Source: Anthoceros angustus (taxonomy: Eukaryota > Plantae > Anthocerotophyta). From it: a stretch of DNA of 64,000 nt. The stretch spans positions 1 to 64,000 of the forward strand of contig VJWM01000310.1 of the NCBI GenBank assembly GCA_010909165.1, given 5' to 3'. The notes under the pieces are model-generated. The model was not told the origin of the DNA and searched no databases. It worked only from the letters and a program-made list of their open reading frames with translations. Below, piece by piece: positions 51,330-64,000 of the stretch; the stretch's first letter is position 1, and each line of letters starts with the position of its first letter. The position numbers and the translations under genes were made by a program.

Positions 51330-52157
51330 TAACTTAAAAGTGCCAAAGGAATTGCTGGGTATTTTTGGTGGAAGCCTTTCGCACTCAAGTGAGTGCAAGA
51401 AGAGATCACACGGGGTGCATCACGACGTATGAATTTGCAAAGGGGCTGCAAGTATGAAGCGTGAGGCCGTGGATGACATGCGAGGAGACATGGATAGCAA
51501 GGAGGGTTGGTACGAGATGTTGTGGAGGTGAGAAGTTCAACGAGGATAAGTTCATTTTATTCTTGATGAGTGTTATGCACAAGCCAATTGGGTGTGTTGG
51601 ACAATGGAATGTAAGAACTCCAGGAGTTAAGGTCCTAGGGGTGGATCAAGACCGGATGGGGCACCTTTTGTGGGGTGTTTCAAATTGTTATATTTGCGAA
51701 GTCGCATGAGAGCTAATTGGGAGAGGGTTTGAGGGTCACGCGAAGGAGGTGGTGGGTGGATGTAGGCATGGCACCCCCACCGTAGGGGAGGCATCCTACA
51801 GGGGTAGTATGTAGGAGGGTAAAGGCAGGAGGGTGTCCATGTAGGATAGGTAGGGCGTCAAGGGACAGTAGATGCAAGTAGTACGAAAGGGGAGGGGAAG
51901 AAGTGAATGGTAGGGTGACCAAGGTGACCACATAGTGCGGGTGTGAAAGGTGACCCCACATAGTAGACGAGGTGACCCCACGATTGAATTGGATAGGTAG
52001 GTAGGATGAGAGTGTCATGAGAGTGTCTCTCACCGTAGGGAGTGGTGAGGTCTCCCACGGGCAGGCGGGCGACACCCTACTTGGATACTTGGGAAGCAAG
52101 TTTTCATTATACTAAGCAAGTCAGACAGGTTGAGTGGAAGTTGTTAAAAGGGCGATA
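51330..52157 (+). mobile_element. Ty3/Gypsy 3'-UTR and PPT immediately upstream of the LTR
   Basis: Homologous to 63240-64000, the post-integrase region of the downstream element. Confidence 0.85.
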
Positions 52158-53542
52158 TGCAAGGTTGAGGATAAATAGGGTATATTAGGAATAATAATCC
52201 ATAAATATGTAAGGTGTAGTGTAGGGTGTTTATAACAAGTAGGGCTACTAAATCGAGGATTGGAAATAGTGCCACCGGCAAGGAATCAACGCCTATATCA
52301 AGAGTTTTGTCCACAACCAAAGGGCCATGCAAGGGTGTGTAGGGAGTGGCAGGAAGTCCGTGGAGGAATCGCGAGGAAGAGCTTGGGCATGTACGGAAAG
52401 CTAGAGCAAGGACTTGGTGGAACGCGGTGTGTGTGTGCAAGGAGAAGGAGGTGTGCGCATGTAAGGGGTTGTGTGTGAAGGGATTTGAAGCACGATCGTG
52501 AAGAGAGCAAGGGCTGATTTTTGTGTGTGTCCAACCTTGCAAGTGAGGGATTTGGGGTGCAGGAGGTGTATGTTGTGAGGACACCAAGTTTGAGCTAGTG
52601 GACCGTGGAGTGAAGAGGAAGTAAGTGAGAAAGGGCAAGTTGCTCACTTGGTGGATCTTGTGTAGTGAAGAAATCTCACAATTGTGTGTAGGCACCGAGG
52701 TGGCAACTAGGTGGAAACGAGCACGGGCGCCTCAAGCTTGTATTGTCTGTAGTTATTTTGAAGGTGCAAGATGGTGAAAGCGCCCGCACCTAAGAAGGGC
52801 AAATTGGTTAGGGAGCTGTGAGAAGAGGTAGATGCTCAATTTAATTGCTTCCTCGCATGTGGAGGCTAGGCACTTGGTAGCATTCGGCTGGGCTTTGGTC
52901 GAGAACCCAACGGTAATTGCAATGGGTGTATGGCCATCGGGCCTATGTCAACTTGGAGATGATAGAGGAGTTTCATAAACTTCACTACTATGCCACGGCA
53001 GAACCGGGAGGACTAGGGATGCAGGATGGGATCCATCCCGATGACCCCAACACATCCGGCTGTATATGGAAGACCAAATGAGGAGGCCTGTGAGGGGATT
53101 GCGATTATGGAGCTGAAAGGAAGGTTGAGGAGAAGGGGAAGAGAAAAGGAGAATCGGAAGTGTCATGAGCTACTTGAGAAAGCTATGGACATGTTACAAC
53201 GCTGCATAAGTCTAGAGAGAAAGGTGGTTGGTGCAATCAAGAACTCAAGGAAGAGAAATGGAGAACATTTGCTAAGATTCTCCTTGGATTGGTGAGTGCG
53301 CAACGAAGACATATCTTAGTGATGCGCAGCTTATATTTCATCCGGAGGTTGTCTAGGGGGCTACCCTGCATTGGGGAATGGTAATGTATGATGTTTATAC
53401 CGCACACCGCGGAAGGTTGCTTATACCCAATGCGAGGAATCCAAGAGCACGAGAAATACATACCTCCACCCACCCGATTCATATTTATGAGCTCCAAGGA
53501 TTATTGAAGCCGTGAATTGAATTTTCCAAGATGGACTTTCCA
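52158..53542 (+). repeat. Probable LTR (~1.39 kb)
   Basis: Starts TGCAAGGT right after a polypurine tract and ends ACTTTCCA (imperfect terminal inverted repeat, TG...CA). It is followed by ag-TGGTATCA, a tRNA-iMet PBS-like site at 53545-53552. Confidence 0.6.
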
Positions 53543-53576
53543 AGTGGTATCATTGGATGCGTGAGTCCCTAAGCCC

Positions 53577-55350
53577 GTGAGAGAAGTTCCCCAACAAGAG
53601 ACGGGAAGAAGAGGAAAGCAATGGAGGAGCCTACTACGTGTCCCACGCAGTGAAGGAGGAGAAGAAGTTCATTCAATGAGAGCATCGGGGAAGAAGGTGG
53701 TAGGAGGCGGTGAGTTGGATCCACTCACGGTGGAGAGCGAAGAAGCCTCGTGGAGAGAGTCAAGGCGGCTTCCATTGCGGAGGAAGTCGCAAGAAGAGGT
53801 ATGGGAGGAAGAGAAGGAGAAACCAGCCACGGAACTTGGGCAAGTAGGAAGGGCTAGCATAACCCATGGGTCGCCAGAGGCCCACCGCTGTCCCTACGTA
53901 GGGGCAGATCGATGACGGTAGGGGTGAGGCACCCTGAGGGAGTGAGCGAGGGTCGAGTCCCCACGACGGTGTGGCACCCGAGGTAGTGAGGGGGTGCAAG
54001 TGTCCCTACCTATAGGCGAGGGGGCTGTTCTAGTGGAGTGGCAGTGACATGGATAGCTCATGGATAGGCCTATGAGGGGCCCAGGAAGGAGAGGCGCTCA
54101 CATGAGCCAGAATGGAGCTAGGGGGTGACATGGTTTTGGAATTGAACGACCCATGGATGTCTCAAACATCCGTGGCGACTTGGACACTTTGGGAGAGAGG
54201 TGGTGTGTGGGATAGCAAGGAACTTGGATGAGAGGAGGCTTGCCCATGTTGTAGCTACCCTCCTATGGGCTACCTCATAAATCCCGGAAGGAGTAGAACT
54301 AGGTACCTTTAGGGGTGTTGGGGCCGCCAAGAGGGAACGTGGATGGAAGAATTAAGGGCAGCTCAAACTAGGCTTTTAGAGCTAGAGTCAAGTGTAGGTA
54401 GGCTTACCGAAAGAGAAAGGCGACTTACATGGAGCTTGAGGGAGTCAAGGCTGAGGCATCAAGAGATGGTGCAAGAGTTGGATGGCATTATGGTGACACG
54501 ACTAAGGAGAAGGAAGGATGGGTCTTGGAGAAGAGAGGGATGAGAGAACAAGTCCAACAATTGGTGTGTGCCATGGCGATGGCCAAGAAGGATGTAAAGG
54601 AGGCCTGAGCCTATGGAGACTAAGGATGAGTTATTAAATAGCAAGGACCTGAGGTAGGAGAATTGAGAAGGGAGAAGGAGACCCTACAAGAGTCATGGGA
54701 CTCTCCAAGCGGAGTTAGAAGAAGCCAAGGGGTGAGAAGCTAATCGAGGGCCTCGCAAGAGGGAAGAGAGTCGCAAGAAAGCCGAGGACATGGTACGCCG
54801 CTTGCTGGTTGTGCGTAAGAGAAGGTTGAGCCGATCATACCTTGCAAAAGAGGATGTTGAGGCGTCCCACGGCGGAGGAGAAGTATCATGCTATGTCCAT
54901 ACAAGTGGGGCTATCGTGGAAAGGGAGGCTTTGCAAGAGAAGTGTGGACGAGGGCTCAGACTTGGAAGACTTGAAGAACAAATATCGCAACCTACAGTTA
55001 ATTCGCCAATAGACTGGCTAGAATCAAGGCTGATCTGGTAGAGCTTTGAGGGAGAGGTTGGCACCCCCACGGATGATGATAGAAGGATGCTAGAAGGTTT
55101 GAAGGTCATGGACCTTGTGACCCAAGCGAGACGGGTGGAGTCGATGAGTCGAATGGGAAGAAATGAATGAGCAAGCCGTAGGGGATGACTCGGAGGAGGA
55201 AGAGGAAGGCATGGAGCAAGATCCGCCACGGAGACCTTCTATGGAGAGTGTGGAGGCGGTGTATAAGAAGTGACCCCACTGGGGAGGTGTAGAGGTGGCC
55301 CACATCCGTAGGATCACCCGGTGCGACGCAGAGATTCAGAGGTAATTGAA
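53577..55350 (+). pseudogene. Extra coiled-coil-rich ORF upstream of gag (frameshifted)
   Basis: Purine-rich coding-like tract: MEELRAAQTRLLELESSVGRLTERERRL...QEMVQELDG, LGRLEEQISQ, and an acidic DDSEEEEE stretch. Confidence 0.5.
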
Positions 55351-55991
55351 GAGGTGGTGGTAGCTTGGAGCGTGGGCTCATTGCTTAGGGGAAGACTTTC
55401 TTTAGGAGGACATTAAATGCTTGTCAACCCAGAGGGTGTGTTGACTAGCTGGATAGGAATGTTGACAGGAGCCATTAAGGCTCACATAGGTAGAATTTGC
55501 TAGAATAGAATTTCACCCAAGATGCTTGGATGTCGAACTTAAATCGAGGATACACTAAAATAAGGAGTGAGGCACTGTGAGGGCGCGCCGTGGAGGTCAG
55601 ATGTGAGGACCTCCCTACAAAAGGAGGGAGCTTGTGAAGTAAAATCGTGGCCTCCCACCTTGAGTCCTTTGCTCCTTGTGAAGGAAGTTCGCTTACCGCA
55701 AGCTAACGAAGGCGGGTAGAGAGGAGTTTGCGACGGCCGGAGTGCTTGGAGGGCTGCTCCGCAGTGTCTCGCGAGTGCTCCCTTGTGAATGGTTGTCTGT
55801 GAATTGCTTTGCTTTGAGTGTGGCGATGCTCAAGGAACTCGGCTTGAGGTAGAGGGAAAGACTGAGGTTCTCACGTCTGCAAACTACACAAAGCAATCGC
55901 CCAAGGAAAACTTGTTGATTAGACGGACCCTGCAACAGCTGTAAGGGCGAGTTGGAACAATAAGCTAGAGTTGGTATTAGAGTAGGAGGTC

Positions 55992-58900
55992 ATGGAAGGA
56001 GAGTAAGTAGTGTGTAGGGAAGAAGAAGCGTTGATGATGGTAGAGGAACCCAATATTGAGGAGGGAATTAGAGGTAGATCATAGAAGGCCCACAAGGGAG
56101 CCTAAGGGAGGTGTCCCAAATCAGCAGAACGTGCTGGTAAGGGAGCCAGCCCCGTGGGAGGATAACATTGCGGGTGCGGATGTGGGGTCCCCGGGTGCCC
56201 ACGTGATTCCACGCCAGAGGCATGGCCTACGATAGTGTCGTGTCGCTAGGCCAGGAATTGGTGAATTTCAAGGCAAGTAGTGTAGTCTGAGGGAAGTAGG
56301 ATGATGCCTTGTTGAGGGGGCAGTGGTTGTAAATAAATGTGTGCATGGGTTGAACCACGCCCAACCAAGATCTCATGGGACGAAACCCAACGTAACGACA
56401 AAGGATAAGTGTGGACGCCATGGGTGAATCTAAGCCCGGATCCGCCCACATTTTTGCGCTGTCGGGATCTTGTGCCTTGATGACGTGTGTGTGGGGAAAC
56501 CCATCTCTGGTAGTTGATTGTTGTTGGTGAACTCTCCCATCGATGGAGGCACGGTGGGGGTTTCCACAAATGGTGTTGAAGGGTCATGAGGATGGTTGCA
56601 TGTGTCTAGCGTGAGGAAGGACAAGAGTTGAACGAGGGAGATCGCTCCACCGCCTCGCTAGAGATCTACGAGTGCAAGGAGGAACGATTACGAAGAAAGT
56701 GTCGCAATCACAGCACGAATTCAAGAGGAAGAAGAGGCACGGGTAATTGAGGAAGAAGCCGCTTTGCAAGGGCGCCTGTGAGCGAAGAAGAGGAGGAGGT
56801 TCTAGTGAAGAAGAGGGCGACGAGGTCGAGAAGCGAAAAGAAAGGAGGTTGTCGAGGAAGAATTGGTGCGCAAGGCAAACGTGAAGAAGAGGTGCATGAA
56901 CGAGGATACGGTTGAATTTAAGAACTTCATTTGTGGAAGCCGGGCCTTCTCAACCCGTGAGTGGTGGATCTAGCTCATCTTCAGGAAGAAGAGGGAGGGA
57001 GGACGATGTGAGTAGTGTAATTCCTAAGTGTGGTCAAGATCTTGAGTCTTGACCGGATTACCGACTTACTACCTGGTGGACGGGCCCCGAGGGGACACCT
57101 CACCCAGGCCGTTCGAGACTTTGTGCCGACATCCCGCTAGGGAACGCCGTTGATCGGCGCACTGCCACGGGAGGAGGTAACTTGAATCGCTGTGCAATCG
57201 TCAAGTAACATGAGTGGAACCGCAGGAGGGGAGGAGGTTTGCCTCAACCCCGGCAACAATATGTCAAGTTTGGGAGAAGAAGAAGGGCGACGACGCGAGG
57301 CATTTGTGCACTTTGAGCATGTGTCTCATGCTAACTGGAGGACACCGTGGCGATCGGGTTGCGAATTTTCCCCGAGGGGCATGCCCAGTGCCGAACTTAC
57401 GGGCAAGTGCGCCAGATTGGGACTTTGAAGATCCTTCTCGAATCGCCGAGGGCTCGCCTATGCCCACCACACCTGGCAAAGTTGAGACCTTCGCAGGAAG
57501 AAACGGGAGTCATTGTTTGATTACGTTGAACGGTTCTATGGATATTTGGATCGAGTCCCTGCGTGCACCGTGACTCGCAATCCTCCCACATCGGGTTACC
57601 GCAGAGCAAGCGCCGATTGGTTTGTGAGCGCCTATCAAGGAAAATGGAGGTACATTGTCATTTAGGACTAAAACTTGGGAGCAATCCGATGTAAGAGTGG
57701 GAGTCACAGAGTTGGGAAGGAGGAGGAAAAGAGAAGGAGTCATAAGAAGAGGAAGGGGTCCAGGAGATCTAGTTTGTCTTCTTCTTCTTCTTCCTCATCT
57801 TCATCTTCATCTTCCGAGAGTGAGGAGAGTGGTACCAGAAAACTCGCCATCCGATGAAGAATCCGAAAGTACGAACGACGGATGAGGAAAGATCTAGAGA
57901 GAAGGTTAAGAAGAGGCAAGAGGAGGCCGAAGCGCAAGACCGAGAAGGAAAGAAAAGGGAAAATAAGGCGGATGGAGAAGGGAGAAACGCCCACCCAGGA
58001 GGAGGAATTGCGGTTGAAGTTTGACCAAGCGATTAACTGAGTTGGAAGTCAAGGTCATGTGAAGAATCAAGCCACACGAGATCGCCTCCCCGCAAGACAG
58101 GGTGGTATTGCTCGATTTGTCCAACTGCACACCAACCGGAATGTATCGAGCCCCACGCCATGCGTGAATCATGTGGAGCATCATGCCCGTGATTATTGGT
58201 ATGTGGATGAGGCTTACCAGTGCAACACGGAGGCCGCCTACCGATGAGGGCAACCTACCACCGCAAAGACCGCCAGCAATCATGAGGTACGGGTCTCGCC
58301 TACCTCGCCAGTCCATGGAGACCGTAACCATCTCGCCACCAACAATTCCACCGGATGTTGTTACAATTGTGAGCACCGGTCACTATTCCAATGATTGCCC
58401 TGTAACCAAAGAGACGGGGTATGTACCTTCTCAAGTGCAAAGAATTGGGACACAAGGTTGGAGATCCGAGGTGTTCAGGTGCCACGAGTAGTGCCGACAC
58501 GTCCAGAGTGAGGTTCACAGAGCCTACAATGAAGGAGCACCTTCCAACCCCGAAACTGCTATCACTGACTTCAACGCCAGCGGGTGGAAGCGTACCGATC
58601 TTGGATGGAGACAATGTACTGGGATTGTGGAAGAAGGATATGAGGGAGAAATGAGTGAGGAAGAAGGGTTGCTGGTCACCACTAGATCCGAGCGACGGGA
58701 GAAGACCAAAAGCCGAAGCGGAGCGAGAGGAAGAAGAGGAAGGTGAGGGAGGACTCACCTTGGCCACCGGAGACTCGGAAGGAATTTGGCAGAGGAGGAG
58801 GAAATGAGGAGGTCCATGAGGGAACTACTGGTAGGTGTCTGCAGGGGAGGGCGACCTACCGAGGAGGAGGGGAGGAAAGGTGTTTCCCGACATTAGTAGG

Positions 58901-59150
58901 GAAGTAGCAGCAATGTTGGAGGACGAGCTAAGAAGGCTCACTCAAGATGCAAAGATGGAGGTAGAGGTTGCGGAACCCGGTGTGAATCACGGCTATGGAG
59001 TCCCAAATGATAGGAGGGCCATGGGTGTGACAAGGTCGGAGCCGACCAGCATCGGGCTGCAAACGGGAGGAAACCTTGTCGATAAGATCTCCGCCGATGC
59101 ATTGCTTGACCGAGAATTTGTGGTCACTGAGGCGCTTTCTGCGTGAGTCC
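55992..59150 (+). pseudogene. gag: gag (frameshifted)
   Basis: Poly-Ser and basic region (57720-57990). Zinc knuckles CYNC..GHYSNDCP (58358-58400) and KCKELGHKVGDPRC (58430-58475). The start is inferred from the ATG after a second PBS-like motif and is uncertain. Confidence 0.7.
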
Positions 59151-62100
59151 AAGATCCCGCAAAATTGTGAAGGAGGCGATTAGGGGAATTCCAGCCCATG
59201 GGGAGCCAAGGAGGCCGGCGGATCCGGAGGTAAACGTGGTTGAGCTTGTTGATCCGGGGCACCGTAAATTGAAATTGAAATTGTGGTGCTTGGTGCCCAA
59301 TGTGCCATTAGATTCGGGATCGTGGGTCAACTTGATGATGAGGAGACGGCGCTTTGGGTTCACCAAGTTTAACCGAATCCGGTGTTCTTGAGGATGGCGG
59401 ACCACGAGAAGGAAACCGTTAGGAGTGTTGAGAAATGTGCCAACCGTGATTGAGGTCTCACGCTCTATTCCATCTTACCTACATTGTCATGAGACCAAGA
59501 TCTAGGCTACAAGGTCTTGATAGGAAGACCTTGGTTGTATGGAATCGCTGTGTTTTCGATTTTGGTAGTGGTATCACCTTTAAGTCCAGAGTAGGGGCCA
59601 CTGAGGTAGCTTTTGTGTCATGGAGCAAGGCACCCTATGAAGGGGAAACCAACTCCGTCCGATGGATATACTTCAGAGGTACAGGGTAAGCTCTTCGGTA
59701 GGACCGCTTATCGTGACCCTCAAGTGGTGGTGGAAATAAAACCCAAGTTGGTGTACTCCGCTCTCAAGTAGAAGCCACCGAGAAGATGATTCAAGGTGGA
59801 GCACTGGAAGGGGTAGCCTTTTGGAAGGGAGAGCATATGATCGAGATTTTCCGATGAAGTATCGTGGAACAAAGGTAGTAGTCCGTGAGGTACCCACGAG
59901 ATCCGATGCAGTGGAGACTTAGAGCTAGAACCTAGCAAAGTAGTCAAGATTAGATGTGGTAGAGAAGGGAGTTTTAGGGTTGCTTAGGAATATGTAGACA
60001 TATTTGCTTTCAAGATTACATGACAGGAATTCCGGTACATCAATAGATTGAAGGAGGGCAGACTGAAGGGATCAAGCAAGATAGACCGAATCCTAAGTAC
60101 TCTATGGTGGTCAAGGATCAGCTAGACCAAGATTTGAGGCAGCGTGATTTATCCTGACTAAGCGAGTGGGTGGCACCCATCGTGATTGTGCCAAAGAAAC
60201 AAAGCAAGGGAAAGTGGTGTCAAGATTTTAGGAAGCTTAACGAGGCCACAAAGAAGGACCACCATCCCTTGCCTTTCATGGATGCTGCTCGACACCGCAA
60301 GGTGTCATGAGATGTATAGCTTCTTGGATGGTTATTCGGTTACAACCAAATCTCTCGAGGAAGGAGGACTGTGACAAGACCACGCTCACAACGATTGGGG
60401 AAATTTATGCTTATTCTAAGTTGCCTTTCGGGTTGTGCAATGCCCCTGCTACTTTTCAGCGCGTAGTGAATGCCATATTCCGAGATTTTTTGAGGAAGTC
60501 CATGGAGGTCTTCCTAGATGATTTTTGCGTGTTTGGAAGAAGGAAATTGCATCTGGAGCACCTGAGACAATGTTTCCAGAAGTGCAGGGAGTCGAACATG
60601 AAACTTCATCCAGGGAAGTGTTATTTCGGTATGACAGAAGGAATCTTACTAGCACATCGAGTTTCAAAGTGAGGGGTTGCGTAGATAGGAAAAGGTGCGG
60701 TGATAGAGATGGACGCCACAAACCACAAGCAAAGTGCTTTCATAGGTTTGGTAGGTTACTATAGAAGATTCATCAAGGATTTTGCCAAGAAGGCCTTGTT
60801 GACGATTGACCAAGAAGGACATGCCCTTTGAATGGATGAGGCGGCGGTGAAGTTTCGCAGCTAAAGGATAGCTTGGTGAACGCACCAACGCTACAACCAC
60901 CCGGGGAGAAACCATTCCATGTATAATGATGTCCGCTTACGCCACGGGGGACGCCTTGCCGTAAGAGAAGAAACGGATCATCCAATTTTCTATGCTGTGC
61001 AACTTACGGATGCGAGAGAAATTATTCAACCACCGAGAGGAAGGTCTTGGCATCATATACTGTAAGAAGTTTAGACACTACCGCTTGCTTGTAAGGTGAC
61101 GCATGTTGATCATTTTATGCGTTAAAGTACCTTGTGAACAAGATTTGTCGAAGGATTGCGTGGGTACCACCGCTGCAAGAGTTTGATTATGATGTAGAAA
61201 CTAGGCGGAAGCAAAGATCGAATCGCCGATTTCCGTCTGAAAACCGGAGAGCGACTTGAAGCCACGATGACCGATTTCGACGAGGGAGTTGCCACGGCTC
61301 GAAGGGGAGGACGTGAGCATGTTGTAGACGGCCTCAGCATTGATCAGCAAGCCTTGCTGCCAGCAGAGAGGTCAAATGAGCGAAAGGGAGTGTGAAAGGC
61401 CGCAGCAGGACAACTGGAACCGAGGGGATAAAAGGGCGCCAGTATGGGCGCGAGGAGGAGGCTGAAATTCTCAAGGGTGGCAGTCAGAGGGCTGCAAGTG
61501 GAGGCCGCCACGCAAAAGAAAGAAGCAAAACGGATGAGAGCACCGCTGGGAAGGACCACACTTGGCATGGCTGGCCAGGCCATGGGGCCGCAAGAAGGAG
61601 AGAAGACCCTAGGGAGGTAGGTGCGCAGGGAGGAGGAGATGCATCCCAACAAGCTTGAGCAAAACGCAGGAGAAGAAAATGGCGTATCTGGAAATCACTC
61701 GTGAGGTGGCCATGGAGGACAGTGAAGGAGGAGGTCGCCATGGAGCACGAGCTGGACCTGGACATGAGGCTAGACCAGGGAATGGAAGAAATCCGAACGT
61801 TGTTGGAGGAGGAGCTGCAAACGGGCCGCAGCTCAAAAACTTGCAAAGATGGACAAAGCGGGAGAAACTGGATTTGTGGATGGATCAACGCTGCCGGGGC
61901 TGGTGGGCGAGCTAGCAGGAGGCAACGTGGTATGCATGGAAGGAGGAGGTTAGAACGTGAGGGCGTTCATGCCCAAGGTATCTGAAATGGTGAGGCAAAT
62001 TTTCTAGAGCATGGAATCATGCCCCGATGGTTTGTCTAGGAGGGGCGCTCCACAGACAGCCCCTTATTGCCTAAGAGATGGGGTCTTGTACAAGCTTGGT

Positions 62101-63135
62101 CCGAGAGAAGATTCGCGATGTGAAACTAGAGAAGTCGCTGGTCACGAAGCTTTTACATGCGTAAGAGGCTGGTGGTCATTATTCGACGCAAATCACTGAA
62201 GAAGGTCTTGGATGCGTGGTGGGCTACAATGCAGAGGGATGTGTGGGAATTTATTAGGAGGTGTGATGCGTGTCAGAGGGTTGGAAGGCCCACTTTGTCA
62301 ACACAATGGCCTCTCACCTACATACTACCTTTGGCACCTTTGAGAAGTGGGCATAGACTTTGTAGGTCCAATCAAGCCACCCACACAATGGACAGGAAGC
62401 AATATATCTTGGTGGCTACTGACTATTGTACAAAGATGGTGGAGGTCAAGCAAGGAAGGACGACGACACTGCAGAGCAAAAGTTTCTCTTTGAGAACATT
62501 ATAACAAGCGAGGTATGGATGTCCTTTGGAGTTGGTCGATGGGAACTCATTTCCTCAACTCGTGATCGAGACTCACCACCTACTTCAACATTCTAAGATC
62601 GAAAGACAACTCCTTACAATCCCAAAGCGAATGGTTTGATTTGAGAAAACGAATGGGCTGTTGTGTACAATCTTGACCAAGGTAACTCACTCACATGTAC
62701 GATTGGGACACTAAGCTACAGCTTGCTGGGCTATGACAAAGAGAAGGTGACCACCAAGAAGACCCTATTATTTAACATATGGGATGTCTCCGTGATGCTG
62801 TTGAATTTGAGGTACTACCTACGGGATCATGGAGGATGAGCGATGTCCGTAGAGGATAGCTAGATTGAGTCTTTCATTGGAGCATGAGGAAGATAGGGAG
62901 GATGCTTTAGGAGACCCAACGCATCCAGGAGCTTAGGAAGGATAGACATGACGGGAAGTTACGAGACAGCTATTGTGTCCGGGATTTGGTTCTTCTATGA
63001 TAGCCGATATATGGATTTCTGTGGGAAGCTTAGGTTGAGGTGGATGGGACCTTATGAGGTCGTATAAAACGGCTCGACAATTGAAGGAGCTAGACGGGAG
63101 CCACCTCACCAGTGAATGGATGGAAAGTGAAGAGT
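59150..63135 (+). pseudogene. pol: pol: aspartic protease, RT, RNase H, integrase (frameshifted)
   Basis: PR VPLDSGSWVNLM (~59300). RT WVAPIVIVPKK, DFRKLNEAT, MYSFLDGYS, LPFGLCNAPATFQR, VFLDDFCVFG (60165-60540). RH NYSTTER-like and QEFDYDV (61020-61200). INT RRCDACQRVG, EKWGIDFVGP, YILVATDYCTK, WMGPYEV (62250-63060). Confidence 0.95.
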
Positions 63136-64000
63136 ACTTTGCACCGAGTGGGTTGTTTGCGAGGACGCAAACAAGTGAGGGAGCGTGAAATGCAAAACTT
63201 TGGGCCATTCATTTTTTGGTTGGAGTTGACAAAACTTGGATCAAGACGAACTAAAAGTGCCAAAGGAATGCAAGGTATTTCTTGGTGGAAGCTCGACTCA
63301 AGTGAGTGCAAGAAGAGATCACCACGGGTGTGCATCAGACGGGAAGGCAAGTAAAAGTGAACGTGAAGGGAGGCCGTGTGATGACCGCGAGGAGACATGG
63401 ATAGCAAGGAGGTTGGTACGAGATGTTGTGGAGGCGTGAGAAGTTCAGAGGATAAGTTCATTTTATTCTTGATGAGTGTTATGCACAAGCCAATTGGGTG
63501 TTGGACAATGGAATGTAAGAACTCGAGTTAAGCGTCCTAGGGGTGGATCAGACGGGATGGGGCACCTTTGTGTGGGGTGTTTCAGCTTGTTATATTGCAG
63601 AAGTGGAGAGCTAATTGAGGGTTTGAGTGGTGCACCCTACGCGAAGGAGGTGTAGGGTGGTAGTGAGGACGGGCATGGCACTCCTATGTAGGGGAGGTGC
63701 ATCCCACAGGTAGATGTAGGGTGAGGGTGACCCCACAAGTAGGTAGGGGCGTCCAGGGTAGGGATAGGTGGCGTCCATAAGTAGGGGGGACAGATGCAAG
63801 CAAGATGAAGGGGAGGGTGCAGTAGTGAAACAGACCCCATAGTAGAGAGTGACAAAGGTGACCTACAGTAGACGAGGGTGACACTCCCCACGGACGAAGG
63901 GATGGGGTAGGTAGGATGAGAGTGTCATGAGAGTAGTCTCTAGTAGGGAGTGGTGAGGTTCCCTACGGGGCAGCAGTGGGGCGGGCCGACCCTACTTGGA

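Larger units (their letters stand above)
52158..64000 (+). mobile_element. Ty3/Gypsy LTR retrotransposon, plant non-chromovirus (Athila/Tat-related) type; 3' LTR expected just beyond the window
   Basis: Domain order LTR-PBS-extra ORF-gag-PR-RT-RH-INT-3'UTR. The window ends about 70 bp before the position homologous to the PPT. Confidence 0.92.

Noticed and set aside
57777-57815. (TCT/TCA)n microsatellite
   Set aside because: It is explained as the poly-Ser tract of gag.

Overview
Eukaryotic, repeat-rich DNA, most likely from a plant (Ty3/Gypsy element of the non-chromovirus type). The assembly is indel-noisy, so nearly every gene is broken by frameshifts and had to be stitched across frames and copies. 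Four blocks are visible. (1) 1-38143: about 7.6 head-to-tail copies of a ~3.9-4.0 kb unit carrying two paralogous intronless RING-H2 genes, a 63-64 bp repeat block and an unknown ~400-codon gene. The array ends inside a third, intact RING-H2 gene (37922-38458, minus). (2) 6234-13242: a CRE-like non-LTR retrotransposon (RT plus restriction-like endonuclease) inserted into one unit as a ~3 kb head-to-head palindrome. (3) ~40625-43919 (minus): a large gene encoding an acidic N-terminus, a ParB/Srx-like domain (VLGGNH) and a prokaryote-type beta-class N4C/N6A DNA methyltransferase domain. Two partial copies of it (45295-46409, 49190-51315) are interleaved with LTR-retrotransposon pieces at microhomology junctions. 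(4) ~52158-64000: a long Ty3/Gypsy element (LTR, PBS, extra ORF, gag, PR, RT, RH, INT). The best candidate for an undescribed system is the multicopy ParB-MTase gene next to a virus-like RING gene island. No database searches were possible, and all domain calls come from motif recognition.
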